64,000 nt of DNA from an uncultured Candidatus Rokubacteria bacterium (lineage in GTDB: Bacteria > Methylomirabilota > Methylomirabilia > Rokubacteriales > DASRDR01): the NCBI GenBank assembly GCA_963826115.1, contig CAWGVS010000011.1, forward strand, positions 32,001 to 96,000, in the 5' to 3' direction. The notes beneath the pieces are model-generated. The model made no database searches. It worked only from the letters and a program-made list of their open reading frames with translations, and was not told the DNA's origin. Shown here piece after piece: positions 45,534-56,060 of the stretch. Made by a program: the position numbers and the translations under genes. Positions within the stretch are counted from its first letter, which is position 1. Each line of letters starts with the position of its first letter.

Positions 45534-46448
45534 GTGAGCGCGGGGCGCGGGCGGGAGTGGCTCGACCGGGCGCGGTCCGGGGACCTCCTCGTCTTCGACG
45601 GCGGCTACGGCACGATGCTCTTCGCGGCGGGTCTCGCGAACGGCGCCTGCCCGGAGCTCTGGAACGACACCCACGCCGACGTCGTGCGGGGAATCCACCA
45701 GGGCTACTTCGACGCCGGCTCCGACCTCGTCGAGACGAACACGTTCGGCGGCTCTCGGCTCAAGCTGAACGAGTACGGGCTCGGCGACCGGACGCGCGAG
45801 CTCAACGAGCGCGGTGCGCGACTGGTGCGCGCGGCCGCGCCGGCCCACGGCTACGTGGCCGGCTCCGTCGGGCCGACCAGCCGATTGCCGGCCGAGTACG
45901 AGCCGCTGGGCGACACGTCGGACGAGGAGTACTTCGAGACCTTCCGCGAGCAGGCCGAGGCGCTGGCGGAGGGCGGGGTGGACCTGTTCGCCGTGGAGAC
46001 CATGATGTTCCCGCAGGAGGCCGTCGCCGCGGTGCGCGCCTGCAAGACCACGGGCCTGCCCGTCATGGCCACCATGTTCTTCCAGTACGAGGAGCTCCAC
46101 GACCGGGACCGCACGATGTGGGGGGAGAGCCCCGCCGAGGTCGCGAAGAACCTTCTCGCGGCCGGCGCGGACGTGGTCGGCATGAACTGCGGCCGTGGCC
46201 CGGACCGGGCCATCGCGATCGTGCGCGAGATGCGCCAGGTGACGGACGCGCCCCTGGTCGCCTATCCGAACGCCGGGCTTCCGGTCATGACGGGTGACCA
46301 GGTCACCTACGAGCTGGACCCGGAAGCGATGGCCCGCGAGTACCCGGCGCTCCTCGACGCGGGGGCCACCGTCGTGGGCGCCTGCTGCGGCTCCACTCCC
46401 GAGCACATCCGCCTGATCGCCCGGGTCGTGCGCGCCCGCCGCGGGTAG
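45534..46448 (+). CDS. Stand-alone homocysteine S-methyltransferase domain protein
   Basis: FDGGYGT, ETNTFG, GMNC, PNAGLP, GACCGSTPEHI. Confidence 0.92.
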   Translation: MSAGRGREWLDRARSGDLLVFDGGYGTMLFAAGLANGACPELWNDTHADVVRGIHQGYFDAGSDLVETNTFGGSRLKLNEYGLGDRTRELNERGARLVRAAAPAHGYVAGSVGPTSRLPAEYEPLGDTSDEEYFETFREQAEALAEGGVDLFAVETMMFPQEAVAAVRACKTTGLPVMATMFFQYEELHDRDRTMWGESPAEVAKNLLAAGADVVGMNCGRGPDRAIAIVREMRQVTDAPLVAYPNAGLPVMTGDQVTYELDPEAMAREYPALLDAGATVVGACCGSTPEHIRLIARVVRARRG

Positions 46449-46467
46449 CGCGGGCCGCGGGCGGACC

Positions 46468-47916
46468 GTGGACTGGGGGGCGTTCGACCGCGCTCTCCGG
46501 GCCCGCCGCCGCCCGATCCTCGAGCGCTTCATCGAGTGCCTCCGCATCGACACCGTGAGCCAGCAGCCCGAGCGCGTCCGCGCCGGCGCCGGGTGGCTCG
46601 CGCGCGAGATGGCTCGCGTGGGTCTCGAGTCGCGGGTGCTCGAGACGGGGGGCAACCCCATCGTCCTGGGGGAGCGTCGGGTGCCCGGGGCGACGCGCAC
46701 GCTCCTGCTCTACTGCCACTTCGACACGAAGCCCGCGCCGCCTGCCGGCTGGCTCCAGCCGTCGCCGTTCGAGCCCGTGCTCCGCCCCGGGCTCGCCGAG
46801 GAGGGCGCGCCGATCTTGGAGCCCGCCGGGATTCCCGAGGACGCGCTCCCTGCCCACCGGCTCTACGCGCGCGGGGCGTCGGACGACAAGGGGCCGATCT
46901 GGGCGCATCTCGAGGCGCTCTCGCTGATGGAGCACCTCGGCGTGGCCCCGCGCGTGAATCTGAAGCTCGTGCTCGAGGGCGAGGAGGAGATCGGGAGTCC
47001 CGGGTTCGGCTCCTTCGTGGCGGCCCACCGGGACGCGCTCGCGGCGGACCTGGTCCTGGTGACGGACGGACCCAAGGACGCGAGCGAGCGGCCCACGGTG
47101 GTGTTCGGGGCTCGGGGGATCCTGGCGCTCAGCCTCGAGCTCGAGGTGGCGCGCCGCGACGTGCACTCCGGAAACTTCAGCGTGCCGAATCCCGCGTGGA
47201 TCCTGACCGGCCTCCTCGCGTCGATGGCGGCGCCGGACGGCACGCCGCTCATCGAGGGACTGGGCGCCGACGTCGTCCCGCCGACGGGCGCCGAGCGCGA
47301 GCTGATGGCCCGCATCCCGCTGGACCGGGCCGCCCTCGAGCGCGAGCTCGGCGTGCCGCTCGCGCGCGACTACCTCGAGCGCCTGATGTTCCGGCCGACG
47401 CTCACGATCCGGGGCCTGCAGGCGGGGTTCGTCGGCGCCGAGGCCAACACCATCATCCCGCACCGGGCGACCGTCGCGCTGGACCTCCGGCTCGTGAAGA
47501 ACCAGCGGGTCGACGCCGTGTACCGGCGGGTCGTGGAGCACATCCGCGCACAGGGCTTCCACGTCATCGAGTCACCGGACGCGCCCCTGCCAGACGAGCT
47601 CCGCGGCCGCGCGGTCAGGGTCGTCGAGCGCCACGGCTACGACCCTTCGAAGACGGCGGCCGACCTGCCGATCTCGCGCCGTGTCGTGGAGATCGTGGAG
47701 CGGGCCCACGAGGGGCAGGCGGCGGTCGTCGTGCCCACGGTGGGCGGCAGCGTGCCGCTCTGGGCGTTCACCGACCTCCTGGGCCTGCCCACGATCGTCG
47801 TGCCGTACGCGAACGCCAACAACCGGCAGCACAGCCCCAACGAGCACATCCGCCTGGACCACCTCTACCAGGGCGTCCGGACAACGGCGCAGCTGCTCCT
47901 GGAGCTCGGGGAGTAG
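46468..47916 (+). CDS. M20/M25/M40 metallopeptidase
   Basis: HFD, ARGASDDKG, EGEEEIGS, QHSPNE. Confidence 0.9.
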   Translation: MDWGAFDRALRARRRPILERFIECLRIDTVSQQPERVRAGAGWLAREMARVGLESRVLETGGNPIVLGERRVPGATRTLLLYCHFDTKPAPPAGWLQPSPFEPVLRPGLAEEGAPILEPAGIPEDALPAHRLYARGASDDKGPIWAHLEALSLMEHLGVAPRVNLKLVLEGEEEIGSPGFGSFVAAHRDALAADLVLVTDGPKDASERPTVVFGARGILALSLELEVARRDVHSGNFSVPNPAWILTGLLASMAAPDGTPLIEGLGADVVPPTGAERELMARIPLDRAALERELGVPLARDYLERLMFRPTLTIRGLQAGFVGAEANTIIPHRATVALDLRLVKNQRVDAVYRRVVEHIRAQGFHVIESPDAPLPDELRGRAVRVVERHGYDPSKTAADLPISRRVVEIVERAHEGQAAVVVPTVGGSVPLWAFTDLLGLPTIVVPYANANNRQHSPNEHIRLDHLYQGVRTTAQLLLELGE

Positions 47917-47952
47917 CAGGCAGGCAGATCTCGGCGGGAGCGGCGTTGCCGC

Positions 47953-50900
47953 TCAGTCGGCGTCGAGGATCCAGAGGGTGGCGATAGTCTGGGCGCCGAG
48001 TGAGCCGCCGCTGCCCGCCGTGTCCAGGAGGAGCTGGATCGAGCGCGGTCCCTGAAGCCCGGCACGGGGCTTGACCTTGATCTTGAACGCCTCGCTCATG
48101 TCGTTCAGGCCGAAGGTGACCGTGCCGCTGGTCGCCCCCGTGTAGTCCACGCCCGGGACCGCGGTGCCGCCCGCGATCTGCCAGTGGGCTGTGACCCCGC
48201 TGGCGCTTCCGCCGGTCCGGGAGACCAGCACCTCGACGTCGGTCTCGACCCCCGGCTCCATGACGCTCTTCGCGGCGGCCGCGAACTGGACCGTTCCGCC
48301 CACGTCGTTCTCGGCGATCTGGATCGTCGCGATGTTGGGCGTGCCGAGCGTCGCGCCCGCGACATTGTCGAGGACGAGGCCGACCGTCTCCAGTCCGTCC
48401 ACCACGGTGTCGGGGCATAGCGGAATCGTCACAGTCTTGCTCGTGTCACCCGGGTTGAACGTGACGGGCAATGTGGCAGTCGTGAAGTCGATGCCGGGGC
48501 CGCAGGGGCCCGCGCCGCCCTCGGCGTTGCCCGTGCCAGTCGTCTTCACGTTCAGCGTGACGGTGGTGCCGGTCGAGCCGCCGCGGACCACGGTCACGCC
48601 GACGCCCGTGCCGCTCTCGTTCACGTTGTAGGTCGCGCTCGAGAACCGCACGCTCGGCTCGTTGTCGTTGATGCTGAGCGTGGCCGCGCTGGGAGTGCCG
48701 AGGGTCGCCCCCCCGCTCGGCAGGTCCAGCGTCACGACCAGGGTCTTCGTGCCGTCGACGAGCGAGTCGTTGAGGATCTGGATCTGGAGCGAGGCGCTCG
48801 TCTGGCCCGACCCGAACGGGATCGGGACGCTCGGCGGCGTGACGTAGTCGGTGCCCGCGACTGCGCTTCCGCCGAGGTGCCAGGGCACGGAGACCCCGCC
48901 GGCCGACCCGCCCGTCCGGAGAACGGTCAGGGTGGCGGTGCCGGTCCCCTCGGTGAGCGAGTAGGCGGAGCTGCTGAAGCGGAGCGTGCCGCCGCCGTCG
49001 TTCTCCTGGATCTGGAGGACGGCCGTGCTCTGGGCGCCGAGCGTGGCCGGCGGGGTCACCGAGAGCAGCCTCAGCGTGAGCGTCTCGGGGTTCGGGGTCT
49101 CGACGACGACATCGCCGCAGAGCTGGACGCTGAACGTCCGGCTGGTCTGGCCGGGGTTGAACGTGAGCGAGCCGTTCGAGATCGGCCGGTAGTCGGCCCC
49201 CAGCGAGCAGGATCCCGGCGTCGCGGCGGGGGTCGCGGAGTCGCCGACACCGCCGGTCGCGAAGGTCACCGTGGCCGCCTTCGCGGTGCCGCCGGTCCGG
49301 GTCAACGTGATCGTGGCGCTGCCGTTTCCTTCGCTGGCCGTGAAGGTGGCCGCCCCGAACTGGACGGTGCCCTCGTCGTCGATCAGCGTGACCGTGGCCG
49401 GATTGGGCGTGCCGAGCGCCAGGCCGCCGGTGAGGGGGGCCTTCAGCGTCACCGTGAGCGCGGAGTTGCCGTTCAGGCTCGATTCCTGCTGCAGGTGGAT
49501 GACCAGCGACTTGGTGCCCTGGCCCGGGTCGAAGTGCACGGTGCCGGCCAGGTCCGCCGGCACGACGAGGGCCGTCGCGCCCGTGATCTGGTAGTTCACC
49601 TGGGCGGCGCCGCTCGTCGAGCCGGTGCGGGTGACGTTCAGCGAGACGGACTGCGCGAACTCCTGCGCGGTGGCCGTTGCCTGGCCGAACTGGACCGTGC
49701 CCGTGCGGTCGCTGTCGACGATCGTCACCGTGGCCACCCCGGGGCTGCCCACCGTGGCGCCGCCGTGCTGGTTCTGGAGGGTGACGGTGAACTTCTCGTT
49801 CGGCTCGATCCCGTCCTGCTTCACGATGGGGATCTCGAGTGCCTGGGACATCACCCCGGCGGCGAACGTCAGCGTCCCGGTGAGCGGGCCGCCGTTAGGG
49901 CCCGTGAAGTCCGTCCCGGCCGTCGCGCTGCCGCCCGCGATGACGTAGTCGACCGTCACGTTCCCCGCCGACCCGCCGGATCGGGAGGCGGTCAGCAGGA
50001 CCTTGCCCGCCGACTCGTTGACCGAGTAGGTGGACGAACTCCACTTGAGCACGCCGCCGGCGTCTACGTTGTTGATGGTCAGGTCGACCGCCGAGCGGGG
50101 CCCGAGGTGCGCCCCCGCGGGCTGGGGCGACGAGAGGACAAGGCCGACCACCTTCGGGGCCGGATCCACGACCCCGTCCTTGCACAGCTGGACGGTGAAG
50201 GTCTTGGTCATGTCACCCGCGCCGAAGTTGAGCGTGCCGGCGACGGGCAGGTAGTCGGCCCCGGTGGTGCAGGTGGTCGCCGACGCGGACGCCGTGGCGG
50301 CGACCCCGCTCCCCGGAGACCCGGCCGTGAACCCGACGCTGACCGCCCCCCCGGGCCCCGTCCGGACGACGGGGATCGTGATCGACGAGCTACCCTCGCT
50401 GGCGGTGTAGCTGGCCTGACTGAACTGGAGACCGACCTCGTCGTCGGTGATCGTCAGGGTCGCGATCTTCTGCGACCCGAGCGTTGCCCCGCCCTGGACG
50501 TTGCTCAGCTGGACGCGCAGCGTCCGGGAGCCCTGGGCCCCCGGAGGGTTGAGGAGGTGGATCGGGATCGTCTGGCTGAGGACGTCGGCCGCGAACTGGA
50601 GCTGTCCGCTTGTCGGCCCATCGTAGTCCGTGCCGTGGACTGCGGTGGTCCCCTGGGCGACGATCGCCCAATCGACCTTCACCCCGGCGGCCTTCTGGTT
50701 CCGCGTGACGGTCAGGGCGACAGGATCCGCCGCCTCGCTGACCGTCAGCGCCGTCGGACTGAACTGGAGCGTGCCACCGCTGTCGTTGTCCGTGATCGTG
50801 AGGGTCGCCGTGCTCTTGGCCCCCAGCGTGGCGGCACCGGCAGGCTGGGGATTGGAGAGCGTGAGCTGGACCGTCCGCGATCCGTCGGCCAGGGTATCGC

Positions 50901-53900
50901 CCTGGCGGAACAGGGCCAGGGGAATCGGGACGCTCGTCGCGTTCGCTCCGAACGTCAGCGTGCCGGTCACGAGGTTCGGCAAGACGTGCGCGCCGGCCGG
51001 CACGGCCGAGCCGCTGATCGTCCAGGTGACCGTCGCCTCGCCCGATCCTCCGGACCGCTGGACGGGCACGTTGAACGAACCGTTGCTCTCGCTCGTGGAG
51101 TACGTCGCCTGGCTGAACTGGATGACCCCGGCGGCGTCGTTGTCGGTGATCGTCACCACCGCGGTGGGCTGCGCGCCGAGCAGGCCGCCGCCCGTGGGGG
51201 CGTGGAGGGACAGGAGGATCGTCTCCGGCCCCTCGACCTTCGCGTCGTTGGCGATAGGGATCGAGAAGGTCCGGGTCGACTGCCCCGGCGTGAAGGTCAG
51301 CGTGCCGTTGAGGGAGCCCGTGAAGTCGACGCCCGCCGTCGCGGTTCCCCCCTCGATCTTGTAGTCAACCGTCGCCGTGCCCCCAGTGCTCGTCAGGCGC
51401 TGCACGGTGATCGTCACGCTGCCGCTTCCTTCGCTGACCGAGTAGCTCGGCGCGCTGAACTGGAAGACCGAGCGAAGGTTGAACGTCGCCGTGACCGAGC
51501 GGTCGCCGTCCATCACGACCGAGCAGCCGCCCGTCCCGCCGCAGGCGCCGCCCCAGCCCGCCAGCCACGAGCCGGCGCCGGGCGCGGCGGTGAGGTTGAC
51601 GACATCCCCCGGGCCGAAGCTGAGGCTGCAGTTCGCCCCGCACGAGAGGCCCGGGCCGGTCACCGTCCCCGTGCCGTTCCCCGACTTCGTGACGGTGAGC
51701 CGTGCCTGCGTCCGGACGAACCGGTGGACGGTTCCGCCCGTGAGGTGGACGACGTAGAGCTCGCCTGCCGCGTCCTCCCCGAAGGTGGAGATCTTGAACC
51801 CGGATGCGAGGATCTGGGACCGGCTCCACGCGCCGTTGGACGCCTGCGCGGCGCCCCAGATCGTGCCGCGGCAGTAGTCGCCGAACACGTAGACGCCGTT
51901 GAGCGTCGGGATCCCGTCTCCACGGTAGCGGTAGCCACCCGTGACCGAGCAGCCCTCGTCGTGGTTGTAGTCCAGGATCGGCGGCGTGAAGCTCGGCGAC
52001 GAGCAGCCCGAGCTATAGCACTCGAACCCTTCCATCCGGGACCAGCCGAAGTTCGCGCCGCCGGCGCTGCCGGCGAGCAGGAAGTCGATCTCCTCGCGGT
52101 CTTCCTGGCCCACGTCCCCGATGAAGAGGTCGCCCGCGACCCGGTCGAAGCTGATGCGCCAGGGGTTGCGGAGACCCAGGGCCCAGACCTCCTTCTGGAG
52201 TCCGGAGCCGCCGGCGAAGGGGTTGCCGGACGGGATCGAGTAGTAGGGCGCCGAGCCGCCGCCGTCGGACACGTCCACGGCAAGGCGCAGGATCTTGCCG
52301 AGGTGCGCCGCCGTGTTCTGGCCGTTGCCGTGGGGATCGCCGCCGCTGCCGCCGTCTCCGACGGGCACGTACAGCCGCCCGTCCGGCCCGAAGGCGATGC
52401 CGCCGCCGTTGTGGTTGGAAAACTCGCTGTGCTCGATCGTAAGAAGGATGCGCTCGGTGCCAGGGTCCACGAGGTTCGAGCTTGCACTGGGCGCGCGATA
52501 CCGCGCGATGACGAGATCGCCGAGCGCGCCGCCCGTTCCCTTCCGCGTGTAGAAGACGAAGAAGTAGCGGTTGCTCGCGAAGTTCGGATGGAACGCGAGA
52601 CCCAGGAGGCCCCGCTCGGAGCAGCACTCGACGCGATCCCGGATGTCCAGGTACGTGCTGACGAACGCGAACGGCACGTCGTCCGTGACCTGATACGCGA
52701 GGATCCGGCCGTCCGCCTCCACCACGAAGAGCCGGTCGTCGCCAGCGTTGGCGATCGTGACCGGCCGGGTCAGGCCTCCGATGACCTGCTCGAGCGCGAC
52801 CCGCCTGGCGGTATCAAGCGGCGCGGCGTCGTTCGACCACTCCGGGCCGGCTGGCGAGCCGCCAAAGGCGCGCGTGCCCGGGCTCCCGCCCACGGCGTCG
52901 CCGATCGCGTCGCCCGCGCCCTCGTCCAGGTGGTAGAGAGCGGCGGTGTTTCCGTCCTGAGTGAAGGCGGTGAACGGCCGGGTGAACCTCGGTCCCGTGT
53001 AGCGCCGGATGGTGGACAGCCGCACCTCGTCGATCCAGCCGTGGTACGAGGGGAAGCTCGGCCCGGCGTCGTGCTTCTCGGCGCCGATGACGAGGAACGG
53101 GTCGGAGCCGGGGTGGGCAGTTGCCCGTCCGTCCTGGTAGGACACGTCCTTGTCCGACCCGACGCCGCCGTCACCCTCGGCGTCGAGGACGCCGTCGACG
53201 TAGATGCGGAGCTGTCCGTTGGACCTCTGTCGCGTCACGGCAACGTGGTGCCACTCGCCATCCGCGACCACGATGTCCCCGCAGATCGTGTTCCCGGCGG
53301 CGCCCGCGCTCACGCCGAACGCGACCCGGCCGCCGGTGAGCGACACGCCATAGTCGCCGTGCTCGCCGTCGTCGAAGACGTCCCGGTCGAAGACGATGTT
53401 TCCGTGGATCCAGCCGTCGTTCGTGTTGCAGGCGACGGCGTTCGAGGCGTTCTCGCCGGGGAGCGCCCGCATCCACCACTCGAGGGTGAAGTCGCCGGAG
53501 CCGATGTCGGCCGGGGTGGCCGGGCCGTCGATCCGGATCTTGACGCGGTCGATCCCTCCGGTGCCGTTGCCGTGGAAGCGGAGCGAGGTGGCCGGGGCGA
53601 GCCGCGGGAAGGCCAGCAGGAGGATCCCGACGGCGAGAATGAGGAGAACCGCTCTCACCGGCAGTGGCCGTCCCGCCCCGGAACCCACTGCCGACAATGT
53701 CGTTCTTGTCACCGGCCCCCGCCGGACCTTCCCGTTTTGACAGGGGTCACGACGCGGGGCGTCAGCCCGCGCGTTCGAGCGTTGGAGGGCCTCATCGAGA
53801 AAACGGTCAATGCCGACGGATGGTTCTGGCCATCCGTCCAGACGGGTTGCCTCGGTCCTGGGCAGACCGATTCCCATGGCGGGGGAAGGTAGTGCAGCCG

Positions 53901-53904
53901 GCAT
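47953..53904 (-). CDS. Giant secreted protein: LamG-like domain, PQQ-dependent glucose/sorbosone dehydrogenase-like propeller, InlB-B-like repeat and multiple Calx-beta repeats (true start probably ~53700-53740)
   Basis: Hydrophobic signal (VLLILAVGILLLAFP); DGEWHHVAV...IDEVRLS; ERGLLGLAFHP...HNGG...GLRNPWR; repeated FS...YSV.E...ATAG.DF...TITDND. Confidence 0.85.
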   Translation of the reverse strand: MPAALPSPAMGIGLPRTEATRLDGWPEPSVGIDRFLDEALQRSNARADAPRRDPCQNGKVRRGPVTRTTLSAVGSGAGRPLPVRAVLLILAVGILLLAFPRLAPATSLRFHGNGTGGIDRVKIRIDGPATPADIGSGDFTLEWWMRALPGENASNAVACNTNDGWIHGNIVFDRDVFDDGEHGDYGVSLTGGRVAFGVSAGAAGNTICGDIVVADGEWHHVAVTRQRSNGQLRIYVDGVLDAEGDGGVGSDKDVSYQDGRATAHPGSDPFLVIGAEKHDAGPSFPSYHGWIDEVRLSTIRRYTGPRFTRPFTAFTQDGNTAALYHLDEGAGDAIGDAVGGSPGTRAFGGSPAGPEWSNDAAPLDTARRVALEQVIGGLTRPVTIANAGDDRLFVVEADGRILAYQVTDDVPFAFVSTYLDIRDRVECCSERGLLGLAFHPNFASNRYFFVFYTRKGTGGALGDLVIARYRAPSASSNLVDPGTERILLTIEHSEFSNHNGGGIAFGPDGRLYVPVGDGGSGGDPHGNGQNTAAHLGKILRLAVDVSDGGGSAPYYSIPSGNPFAGGSGLQKEVWALGLRNPWRISFDRVAGDLFIGDVGQEDREEIDFLLAGSAGGANFGWSRMEGFECYSSGCSSPSFTPPILDYNHDEGCSVTGGYRYRGDGIPTLNGVYVFGDYCRGTIWGAAQASNGAWSRSQILASGFKISTFGEDAAGELYVVHLTGGTVHRFVRTQARLTVTKSGNGTGTVTGPGLSCGANCSLSFGPGDVVNLTAAPGAGSWLAGWGGACGGTGGCSVVMDGDRSVTATFNLRSVFQFSAPSYSVSEGSGSVTITVQRLTSTGGTATVDYKIEGGTATAGVDFTGSLNGTLTFTPGQSTRTFSIPIANDAKVEGPETILLSLHAPTGGGLLGAQPTAVVTITDNDAAGVIQFSQATYSTSESNGSFNVPVQRSGGSGEATVTWTISGSAVPAGAHVLPNLVTGTLTFGANATSVPIPLALFRQGDTLADGSRTVQLTLSNPQPAGAATLGAKSTATLTITDNDSGGTLQFSPTALTVSEAADPVALTVTRNQKAAGVKVDWAIVAQGTTAVHGTDYDGPTSGQLQFAADVLSQTIPIHLLNPPGAQGSRTLRVQLSNVQGGATLGSQKIATLTITDDEVGLQFSQASYTASEGSSSITIPVVRTGPGGAVSVGFTAGSPGSGVAATASASATTCTTGADYLPVAGTLNFGAGDMTKTFTVQLCKDGVVDPAPKVVGLVLSSPQPAGAHLGPRSAVDLTINNVDAGGVLKWSSSTYSVNESAGKVLLTASRSGGSAGNVTVDYVIAGGSATAGTDFTGPNGGPLTGTLTFAAGVMSQALEIPIVKQDGIEPNEKFTVTLQNQHGGATVGSPGVATVTIVDSDRTGTVQFGQATATAQEFAQSVSLNVTRTGSTSGAAQVNYQITGATALVVPADLAGTVHFDPGQGTKSLVIHLQQESSLNGNSALTVTLKAPLTGGLALGTPNPATVTLIDDEGTVQFGAATFTASEGNGSATITLTRTGGTAKAATVTFATGGVGDSATPAATPGSCSLGADYRPISNGSLTFNPGQTSRTFSVQLCGDVVVETPNPETLTLRLLSVTPPATLGAQSTAVLQIQENDGGGTLRFSSSAYSLTEGTGTATLTVLRTGGSAGGVSVPWHLGGSAVAGTDYVTPPSVPIPFGSGQTSASLQIQILNDSLVDGTKTLVVTLDLPSGGATLGTPSAATLSINDNEPSVRFSSATYNVNESGTGVGVTVVRGGSTGTTVTLNVKTTGTGNAEGGAGPCGPGIDFTTATLPVTFNPGDTSKTVTIPLCPDTVVDGLETVGLVLDNVAGATLGTPNIATIQIAENDVGGTVQFAAAAKSVMEPGVETDVEVLVSRTGGSASGVTAHWQIAGGTAVPGVDYTGATSGTVTFGLNDMSEAFKIKVKPRAGLQGPRSIQLLLDTAGSGGSLGAQTIATLWILDAD

Positions 53905-53948
53905 GCCAGACGGCAGGCCGGCTGCTGGGGCCGCGACGCTTCCGCGGG

Positions 53949-54875
53949 TCAGGCCTCGACCACGGGGTTGTCCAGTACGCCCAGGCCGGTGATCTCCATC
54001 CGGACCCGGTCGCCGCCCTTCAGGAGCACCGGGGGCTTCCGGGTGAACCCGACGCCTGCGGGCGTGCCGGTGATGACCAGGTCGCCGGGCAGGAGCGTCA
54101 TCTTCGCGGTCAGGAACGCTACCAGGTAGTTGATGTTGTAGATGAGGTTCTTCGAGTTGCCGTCCTGGAGCTTGGTCCCGTTCACCCAGGTGCGGAGCTC
54201 GAGCGCGTGGGGGTCGGGAACCTCAGACCGGTCGGCGATCCACTGGCCCATCGGCGCGAAGGTGTCGCACGCCTTGCCGGCCATCCACTGGGAGGTCACC
54301 ATCTGGAAGTCCCGCGCGCTGACGTCGTTGACGACCACGTAGCCCCAGATGTAGTCGAGGGCGCGCTCGGCGGGAACGTCCCGCGCCTCCTTGCCCATGA
54401 CGAAGCCGAGCTCGACCTCGTAGTCGAGCTTCTCGCAGCCCTTCGGGCGGACAATCGGCGCGCCCGCGTCCACGATGGCGTTGGAGAACTTCGCGAAGAC
54501 CGGGGGCTCCTTCGGGATCGGGCTCTTCGTCTCCTCGGCGTGGTCGATGTAGTTGAGCCCGATGCAGATGAACTTGTCGGGGTCGTGGAGCGGCGCGTGG
54601 AGGTGGACCTCCGATGCCGGATGGGTGACCCACTCGAGGCGTCCGGCGCGCACCGCCTCCTCCATCGCCCGGAGGGCGTCCTCGGCTGCCACGCCAGCCT
54701 GCATGAACCCCCGGGCGCTCGGCGGGAAGAGCGCGTGGGCGAGCTCGCCCGCCCGCACCACGCCCCGGCCGGTCAGGTAGCGATGATAGGTCTCGCCCAG
54801 GCAGCGGACCCGGTCGCCCACCAGGGCGCCGAGGCGAGGGGAGGAGCCGCGCATCGAGTAGCGAACCAGCTTCAT
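53949..54875 (-). CDS. Fumarylacetoacetate hydrolase family protein
   Basis: CIGLNY, DYEVEL, NDVSARD, TGTPAGVG. Confidence 0.93.
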   Translation of the reverse strand: MKLVRYSMRGSSPRLGALVGDRVRCLGETYHRYLTGRGVVRAGELAHALFPPSARGFMQAGVAAEDALRAMEEAVRAGRLEWVTHPASEVHLHAPLHDPDKFICIGLNYIDHAEETKSPIPKEPPVFAKFSNAIVDAGAPIVRPKGCEKLDYEVELGFVMGKEARDVPAERALDYIWGYVVVNDVSARDFQMVTSQWMAGKACDTFAPMGQWIADRSEVPDPHALELRTWVNGTKLQDGNSKNLIYNINYLVAFLTAKMTLLPGDLVITGTPAGVGFTRKPPVLLKGGDRVRMEITGLGVLDNPVVEA

Positions 54876-55009
54876 CGGACTCTCCTGGTCTGGAGTGACG
54901 GATCCGGCGCTCGGCCCCCGACGGGCCAAAGATTTCATGATTATATGCCGACCCGGCGGCCGCGGGTCGTCGCGTTGACGCTCCTCGGACCCTGTGATAG
55001 AGAGGGCGC

Positions 55010-56029
55010 ATGGTCGTCACGATCGTCGGCGCCGGCGCCATCGGGGGCGTCACCGGGGCGTCGCTGGCGCGTGCAGGACACGACGTGCTGCTGGTCGACC
55101 AGGCCGCCGACCACGTCGCGGCGATCAACGCGAGCGGCCTCGTGGTCGAGACCTCCGGCGGCGAGTGGCGCGTCCCGGTCCGGGCCGTGGTGCCCGGCGC
55201 CATGCCGGCCGACCTCGACCTCGTGCTCCTCGCCGTGAAGGCGCAGCACACGGGGGTCGCCCTCGACCTCATCGTGCCCCGGCTCCGGCCGCGCGGCACC
55301 GTCGTGTCGCTCCAGAACGGCCTGAACGAGGCGGCGATCGCGACGCGGATCGGCCCGGCCCGGACGGTCGGCTGCCTCGTGAACTGGGCGGCCGACTGGG
55401 TGGCGCCCGGCCGGATCCTGCACGGGGGGTCGGGCACGTGCGCCGTCGGCGAGCTCAGCGGTGAGCTCTCGCCGCGGATCAAGGAGCTCGCGGACCTCCT
55501 CGGCGCGGTCTCGCCGACCCAGGTGACGTCGAACATCTGGGGCTACAAGTGGTCGAAGCACGTCTACGCCGCGCTGCTGGTGGCGACGGCCCTCGTGGAC
55601 GCGCACGTCTACGAGGTCGTCGAGCGGTCCCCGGAGGTCCAGCGGATGCTGATCGCGCTGGTGTCCGAGGGCATGGCCGTCGCCGAGGCCGAGGGCGTGC
55701 ATCTCGAGGCGTTCGACGAGTTCGACCCGGTGTGGTATCGCCAGGGACGCAAGAGCGACGCCGCGGCCGTCGCGCGCGCGATGACGGCGATCGCCGCGTT
55801 CTACCGGGGCCACACGAAGACGAAGACCGGCATCTGGCGGGACCTGGTCGTCCGGAAGCGCAAGACGGAGGTCGAGGCCCACCTCGGCGCGACGCTCGAG
55901 CGCGCCGGCCGCCACGGCATCCGGATGCCGCTCACGCGCCGCCTCCTCGAGATGATCGGAGAGATCGAGAGCGGGCAGCGGCCCATGGGCTGGCAGAACC
56001 TCGACGAGCTCGTCGGGGTCCGTCAGTGA
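55010..56029 (+). CDS. 2-dehydropantoate 2-reductase family protein
   Basis: GAGAIG, LAVKA, LQNG, RKTE. Confidence 0.88.
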   Translation: MVVTIVGAGAIGGVTGASLARAGHDVLLVDQAADHVAAINASGLVVETSGGEWRVPVRAVVPGAMPADLDLVLLAVKAQHTGVALDLIVPRLRPRGTVVSLQNGLNEAAIATRIGPARTVGCLVNWAADWVAPGRILHGGSGTCAVGELSGELSPRIKELADLLGAVSPTQVTSNIWGYKWSKHVYAALLVATALVDAHVYEVVERSPEVQRMLIALVSEGMAVAEAEGVHLEAFDEFDPVWYRQGRKSDAAAVARAMTAIAAFYRGHTKTKTGIWRDLVVRKRKTEVEAHLGATLERAGRHGIRMPLTRRLLEMIGEIESGQRPMGWQNLDELVGVRQ

Positions 56030-56060
56030 CCTCGACTCACACCCCGCGCGGGAGGACCGC

